Shown here: positions 27,460 through 32,000 of the stretch, one piece after another
Position numbering within the stretch: the first letter of the stretch is position 1
Layout of the letters: every line of letters begins with the position of its first letter
NCBI RefSeq assembly: GCF_000406145.1
Contig: NZ_CM001976.1
Span: 1,580,239-1,612,238 of the forward strand
DNA: 32,000 nt
Reading direction: 5' to 3'
DNA from: Dickeya dadantii NCPPB 898
GTDB lineage: Bacteria > Pseudomonadota > Gammaproteobacteria > Enterobacterales > Enterobacteriaceae
The notes under the pieces: generated by a model
Told to the model about the DNA's origin: nothing
Databases searched by the model: none
The model's input: the letters and a program-made list of their open reading frames with translations, nothing else
Program-made: the position numbers and the translations under genes

Positions 27460-28317
27460 ATGGCACAGGCACTGTTGGCATCCGAAAACGCTACTCCACT
27501 GCGCGCACATCATTTCCAGACGCAACCGCAGCAGACCGTACTGTCGGTACGTCAGCTGTGTAAAGCCTATTCCAGTCAGCAGCGGGTGCTGGAGAACCTC
27601 AATTTTGATTTGCACGCCGGCGAGATGGTGGCGGTGATTGGTCGCTCCGGTGCCGGTAAGTCCACCTTGTTGCACGTGATGAACGGCACCATCCCGGCCA
27701 GCGAAGGACAAATCCTGCGCTATCCCGCCCGGCATGACGGCGGGCAGGGCGACACGCAGGATATTCTGCGTTTCAGTACCCGGCAGATGCGTCAGTGGCG
27801 CAGCGAATGCGGCATGATCTTCCAGGATTTCTGTCTGGTGCCGCGGCTGGATGTGCTGACCAACGTACTGCTGGGCCGCCTGAGCCGAACCTCCACCCTG
27901 AAGTCGTTCTTCAAACTGTTTTCCGATGAAGATCGCGCGCACGCCATTGGGCTGCTGCAATGGATGAACCTGTTGCCGCACGCGTTGCAGCGGGCGGAAA
28001 ACCTGTCCGGCGGGCAGATGCAGCGCGTCGCTATCTGCCGCGCGCTGATGCAGAACCCCAAAATCCTGCTGGCCGACGAGCCGGTGGCATCGCTCGACCC
28101 GAAAAACACCCGCCGCATTATGGACGTGCTACGGCAGGTGAGCGCCAACGGCATCACCGTGGTGGTGAATCTGCACTCGGTCGAGCTGGTGAAAGAATAC
28201 TGCACCCGCGCTATCGGCATCGCTCAGGGACGCATTCTGTTTGACGGCCCGCCGTCGGAACTGACCGACAGCCTGCTGCGTACCCTGTACGGCGACGATT
28301 TGCAGCCGGTGCATTAA
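27460..28317 (+). CDS. phnC: Phosphonate ABC transporter ATP-binding protein PhnC
   Basis: It has Walker [10 protein letters not shown], the signature [15 protein letters not shown] and Walker B ILLADEP, followed by phnD and phnE. Confidence 0.88.
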   Translation: MAQALLASENATPLRAHHFQTQPQQTVLSVRQLCKAYSSQQRVLENLNFDLHAGEMVAVIGRSGAGKSTLLHVMNGTIPASEGQILRYPARHDGGQGDTQDILRFSTRQMRQWRSECGMIFQDFCLVPRLDVLTNVLLGRLSRTSTLKSFFKLFSDEDRAHAIGLLQWMNLLPHALQRAENLSGGQMQRVAICRALMQNPKILLADEPVASLDPKNTRRIMDVLRQVSANGITVVVNLHSVELVKEYCTRAIGIAQGRILFDGPPSELTDSLLRTLYGDDLQPVH

Positions 28318-28340
28318 TTCCCTGCTTGAAACACTTGTCA

Positions 28341-28375
28341 CGTCGGCGGCCTTGACGCCGACGCCGGATTTTTTG
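28341..28375 (+). terminator. Terminator-like hairpin between phnC and phnD
   Basis: CGTCGGCG (28341-28348) / CGCCGACG (28356-28363) is followed 5 nt later by T6 (28369-28374). It may attenuate or simply stabilise the transcript. Confidence 0.4.
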
Positions 28376-28394
28376 ACATCTGCACCTTAGTAAG

Positions 28395-28460
28395 ACGACC
28401 AAATGCGTACGACGACTAAATTGGCATAACGACAACTTGGCATAACGACAACATAGGCAA
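28395..28460. repeat. 16-bp tandem repeat (perfect 2x TTGGCATAACGACAAC at 28421-28452, with degenerate flanking copies) directly upstream of phnD
   Basis: Seen directly. ACGAC-containing degenerate units extend from 28395, and the array ends 5 nt before the phnD ATG (28466). Confidence 0.7.
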
Positions 28461-28465
28461 AACTG

Positions 28466-29398
28466 ATGAAAAAAACCTTCACGTTGACCACCTTGCTGGC
28501 CGGTGCGGTAATGTCCGCCAGCGTATTCGCCGCGGAAACACCGAAAACGCTGAATCTGGGCATTTTGGGCGGTCAGAACGCTACCCAGCAGATCGGCGAT
28601 AACCAGTGCGTCAAACAGTTTCTCGATAAAGAGCTGAATGTCGATACCCAATTGCGCAACTCATCCGATTATGCCGGGGTTATTCAGGGGTTACTGGGCA
28701 AGAAGATTGATCTGGTGCTGAGCATGTCGCCGTCGTCGTATGCGTCGGTATACATCAAAGATCCCAACGCGGTGGATGTCGTCGGTATCGCGGTGGACGA
28801 CGTCGACCAGTCGCGCGGCTACCATTCGGTGGTGATCGTTAAGGCCGACAGTTCGTACCAAAAGCTGGAAGACCTGAAAGGCAAGGCGTTCGGTTTCGCC
28901 GACCCGGATTCCACCTCCGGCTACCTGATTCCCAATCAGGCGTTTAAAGAGAAATTCGGCGGCAGCGCCGATAACAAGTACAACAATTTCTTCTCCAGCG
29001 TCACCTTCTCCGGCGGGCATGAGCAGGACATCCTCGGCGTGCTTAACGGCCAGTTTGACGGTGCGGTGACCTGGGCATCGATGATTGGCGACTACAACAC
29101 CGGCTACACCAGCGGTGCGTTCGGCCGTCTGATTCGTATGGATCACCCGGACCTGATGAAACAGATTCGCATCATCTGGCAATCGCCGCTGATCCCGAAC
29201 GGCCCGATTCTGGTGAGCAACGCGCTGCCGGCCGACTTCAAAGCCAAACTGATTACCGCCGTGAACAAGCTGGATAAAGAAGATCACACCTGTTTCATCA
29301 AGGCGATGGGCGGCAAACAGCACATCGGCCCGGCCAGCGTGGACGATTACAAAACCATTATCGCCATGAAGCGTGAACTGACCAAAGGCAACCGCTAA
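28466..29398 (+). CDS. phnD: Phosphonate/phosphite-type ABC transporter periplasmic binding protein PhnD
   Basis: It has the signal peptide MKKTFTLTTLLAGAVMSASVFA, then ...DYAGVIQGL...DPDSTSGYLIP...GGHE...IWQSPLIPNGPI... typical of the PhnD family. The exact ligand cannot be inferred. Confidence 0.85.
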   Translation: MKKTFTLTTLLAGAVMSASVFAAETPKTLNLGILGGQNATQQIGDNQCVKQFLDKELNVDTQLRNSSDYAGVIQGLLGKKIDLVLSMSPSSYASVYIKDPNAVDVVGIAVDDVDQSRGYHSVVIVKADSSYQKLEDLKGKAFGFADPDSTSGYLIPNQAFKEKFGGSADNKYNNFFSSVTFSGGHEQDILGVLNGQFDGAVTWASMIGDYNTGYTSGAFGRLIRMDHPDLMKQIRIIWQSPLIPNGPILVSNALPADFKAKLITAVNKLDKEDHTCFIKAMGGKQHIGPASVDDYKTIIAMKRELTKGNR

Positions 29399-29553
29399 GG
29401 GCGGCGCGCCGGGTCGTCAGGCTCGGTGTTCCCCTAACCAGCGGTGCGCAACGGTGCAACATTGACGGACTGCAGTACAGGCAGGATGCCTATTTTTTCA
29501 TCTCGTTGCGGTTCCAACCCATCATCCGTTCTTCCACCATTCAGACCAAACCC

Positions 29554-30420
29554 ATGCTGAACCCTGATTTCGAACGCTATTACCAGCGGATACGCACGCA
29601 GCAGAAGCGTGAGTCGTTGATATGGACACTGGTGCTGGTCGTGCTGTACATCGGCGCGGGCGCGTTGTCCGAATTCAATCTGCATACCCTGTGGACATCG
29701 CTTCCCCACTTTTTCGACTACCTGATCGAGACGCTGCCGGTGTTGCACTGGTCGCTGCTGTTCGCCGACGGGCATACCGAAGGTTCGCTGGCTTACTGGG
29801 GATATCGCCTCAATATCCAGTTGCCGTTGATCTGGGATACGCTCAATCTGGCGCTGGCGGCGACGCTGCTGTCGGTAGCGGCGTCGGTGGTGCTGGGTTT
29901 TCTGGCCGCCGGCAATACCCGCAGCCCGCCGGGCGTCCGATTCGCCGTCCGCGCGATGGTGGCGTTTTTACGCACCATGCCGGAACTGGCGTGGGCGGTG
30001 ATGTTTGTGATGGCGTTCGGCATCGGCGTCATTCCGGGCTTTCTGGCGCTGGCGCTGCACACCATCGGCAGCCTGACCAAACTGTTTTATGAAGCCATCG
30101 AAACCGCCTCGGAGCGGCCGGTGCGCGGGCTGGCCGCCTGTGGCGCCGGCGTGTTGCAGCGTATGCGTTTTGGGCTGTGGCCGCAGGTCAAGCCGATCGT
30201 GCTGTCCTACAGTTTTATGCGGCTGGAAATTAACTTCCGCCAGTCCACCATTCTCGGGCTGGTGGGCGCCGGGGGCATCGGTCAGGAACTGATGACCAAT
30301 ATCAAGCTGGACCGCTACGATCAGGTCAGCATGACCATGCTGCTGATCATCGTGGTGGTCTCGATTCTGGATGCGCTGTCCGGGCGGTTACGGCGGCAAG
30401 TGGTGGAGGGCGGCAAATGA
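29554..30420 (+). CDS. phnE: Phosphonate ABC transporter permease PhnE (first of two)
   Basis: It is a multi-pass membrane protein with ...RTMPELAWAVMFV.AFG.G...G.LAL.LHT.G.L.KL..E.IE... (PhnE family). The start is uncertain: ATG 29554 or TTG 29506, and neither has a good SD. Confidence 0.82.
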   Translation: MLNPDFERYYQRIRTQQKRESLIWTLVLVVLYIGAGALSEFNLHTLWTSLPHFFDYLIETLPVLHWSLLFADGHTEGSLAYWGYRLNIQLPLIWDTLNLALAATLLSVAASVVLGFLAAGNTRSPPGVRFAVRAMVAFLRTMPELAWAVMFVMAFGIGVIPGFLALALHTIGSLTKLFYEAIETASERPVRGLAACGAGVLQRMRFGLWPQVKPIVLSYSFMRLEINFRQSTILGLVGAGGIGQELMTNIKLDRYDQVSMTMLLIIVVVSILDALSGRLRRQVVEGGK

Positions 30421-31316
30421 ACATGACCCCGTTGACCCCGGCGGATATCGCCGCGATGAAACAGCAACACCCGGCGCTGTTCAGCCAGCAACGTCGCTAC
30501 TTATGGCGCGTCGGGCTGATGGCGGCGGCGGTGCTGCTTTACTATCTGGCGTTTCTGGCGTTTTTCGGCATCAGCGCCGGGCAGTGGCTGCATGGCCTCA
30601 GCGAACTGGGGCGCTATTTTCTGCGCATGTTCGTGTGGCATGATTTTCTCAACTGGCCGTTTGGTTACTACCTGTCGCAGGTGTTCATCACCATCGCCAT
30701 CGTGTTCGCCGGCACCCTGACCGCCACGGTGGTGGCGCTGCCGTTGTCGTTCCTGGCGGCGCGCAACGTGATGCACGAACCGATGCTACGGCCGGTGGCG
30801 CTGCTGGTGCGCCGCCTGCTGGACGTGTTGCGCGGCATCGACATGGCGATCTGGGGGCTGATTTTCGTGCGGGCGGTGGGCATGGGGCCGCTGTCCGGCG
30901 CGTTGGCGATCCTGATGCAGGACACCGGTCTGCTCGGCAAGCTGTACGCGGAAGGGCACGAGGCGGTCGAGCGATCGCCCAGCCGCGGACTGGGCGCGGT
31001 CGGCGCCAACAGCCTGCAAAAACACCGTTTCGGCATCTTCACCCAGTCGTTTCCTACCTTTCTGGCGCTAAGCCTGTACCAGATGGAGTCCAATGTGCGA
31101 TCGGCGGCGGTGCTGGGGTTTGTCGGCGCCGGCGGCGTCGGGCTGGTGTACGCCGAAAACATGCGGCTGTGGAACTGGGACGTGGTGATGTTCATCACCC
31201 TGATTCTGGTGGTGGTGGTGATGCTGATGGATGCCTTGTCCGCGCACCTGCGCCAGCGCTACATCATCGGCAAGCCGTTGCCGCTGTTTGAAGCGGACCC
31301 GTCATCGCCGCGTTAA
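30417..31316 (+). CDS. phnE: Phosphonate ABC transporter permease PhnE (second paralogue)
   Basis: It has an ATGA overlap with the first permease and the same family signature (...LRGIDMAIWGLIFV.AVGMGP..G.LAI.......LGKLYAE..E...). Confidence 0.82.
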   Translation: MNMTPLTPADIAAMKQQHPALFSQQRRYLWRVGLMAAAVLLYYLAFLAFFGISAGQWLHGLSELGRYFLRMFVWHDFLNWPFGYYLSQVFITIAIVFAGTLTATVVALPLSFLAARNVMHEPMLRPVALLVRRLLDVLRGIDMAIWGLIFVRAVGMGPLSGALAILMQDTGLLGKLYAEGHEAVERSPSRGLGAVGANSLQKHRFGIFTQSFPTFLALSLYQMESNVRSAAVLGFVGAGGVGLVYAENMRLWNWDVVMFITLILVVVVMLMDALSAHLRQRYIIGKPLPLFEADPSSPR

Positions 31317-31330
31317 CCGGCGAATCAAAT

Positions 31331-32000
31331 ATCAATGCGATGTCGCGCCTGCGTGAGGCGCGACCTGGTTTTCAGGGTAACACTAAGATTCTTATCATGT
31401 TTCAATCCACGCGCCTTCGTGAGGCGCGACTGACGTTGACGGCCCCATTCCGCCGCCGCCGAGGTTTCAATCCACGCGCCTGTGTGAGGCGCGACACCTG
31501 AGCATGTGTTTCTGGCCAGTGGCGTTCAAGTTTCAATCCACGCGCCTGCGTGAGGCGCGACTGGTGCGGTTCCGATCGTCGATGACATTGTGATTTTTCA
31601 ATCCACGCGCCTGCGTGAGGCGCGACGCTGGCGCTGCTGTGGGAGGACTATCAGACATGGTTTCAATCCGCGCGCCTGTGTGAGACGCGACCCTCCTGAT
31701 GCCCATCGCGTACAGTTATTGACAGTTTCAATCCACGCGCCTGCGTGAGGCGCGACACGGATTGGCGGCGGACAGCATCGCATCGCGATAGTTTCAATCC
31801 ACGCGCCTGTGTGAGGCGCGACGTCGTAGCGTTGATATCGCCATAAACCACGACCCGTTTCAATCCACGCCACGCGCCTACGTGAGGCGCGACCGGGGGC
31901 GAATACGGTGTCAACCTCGGTGGCAAGTTTCAATCCACGCACCTGCGTGAGGCGCGACTTTGTATACAAGTACCACAAGGACGGGTCAAGGTTTCAATCC
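31331..32000 (-). CRISPR. CRISPR array, type I-C-like repeat, trailer end, continuing past the window edge
   Basis: The 32-nt plus-strand repeat is GTTTCAATCCACGCGCCTGCGTGAGGCGCGAC. Its reverse complement, GTCGCGCC...GGCGCGTGGATTGAAAC, has the I-C-type ATTGAAAC 3' end. Repeats lie at 31399, 31464, 31530, 31595, 31660, 31725, 31791, 31857 (37 nt), 31927 and 31991 (cut by the edge), plus a degenerate terminal copy at 31331-31364. Ten unique spacers are 32-34 nt long. Confidence 0.95.

Noticed and set aside
31598-31978. ORFs of 126 aa and 87 aa on the minus strand through the CRISPR array.
   Set aside because: Their sequences are periodic (RLTQARGLK / GAWIET recurring every repeat). They are artefacts of translating the CRISPR repeats.

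Overview
High-GC enterobacterial-type chromosome; gene content looks Dickeya/Pectobacteriaceae-like, which is an unverified inference. All product calls rest on reading the supplied translations against remembered homologues, since no searches were run.

Conserved backbone:
- a DcyD-like gene 3' end, an Asp/Glu racemase-family gene and dcuB
- a divergent paiB-family/MocR-type regulator pair
- adjacent putrescine genes patD and patA
- a C-P lyase operon phnFGHIJKLMNP with no phnO
- a displaced phnC-phnD-phnE-phnE transporter operon
- the trailer end of a type I-C-like CRISPR array that abuts phnE2 and runs off the window

An accessory mosaic of about 8.3 kb (about 8880-17221) lies between the patA terminator and phnF:
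- Islet 1 is visibly AT-rich. It holds an orphan hcp converging on a two-gene cassette of unknown function, whose larger gene is broken at a T9 run, plus a small exported protein.
- A mid-GC four-gene operon encodes an AraC regulator, a NAD(P)-binding protein, a patatin-like lipoprotein and an SDR.
- Islet 2 is also AT-rich. It holds two overlapping unknown ORFs joined by an A6 run and a strongly SD-led 72-aa Cys-rich protein.
- The operon plus islet 2 are bracketed by a 137/138-bp direct repeat of about 96% identity, and the second copy sits just upstream of phnF.

A second insertion, a divergent aldo-keto reductase/LysR pair, splits phnP from phnC.

A recurrent oddity is a set of 14-18-bp tandem repeats sitting on gene boundaries: the MocR stop, the phnJ/phnK, phnN/phnP and phnP/AKR junctions, the LysR stop and upstream of phnD.

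The best candidates for an undescribed system are the two AT-rich cassettes. Their function cannot be inferred from sequence alone.
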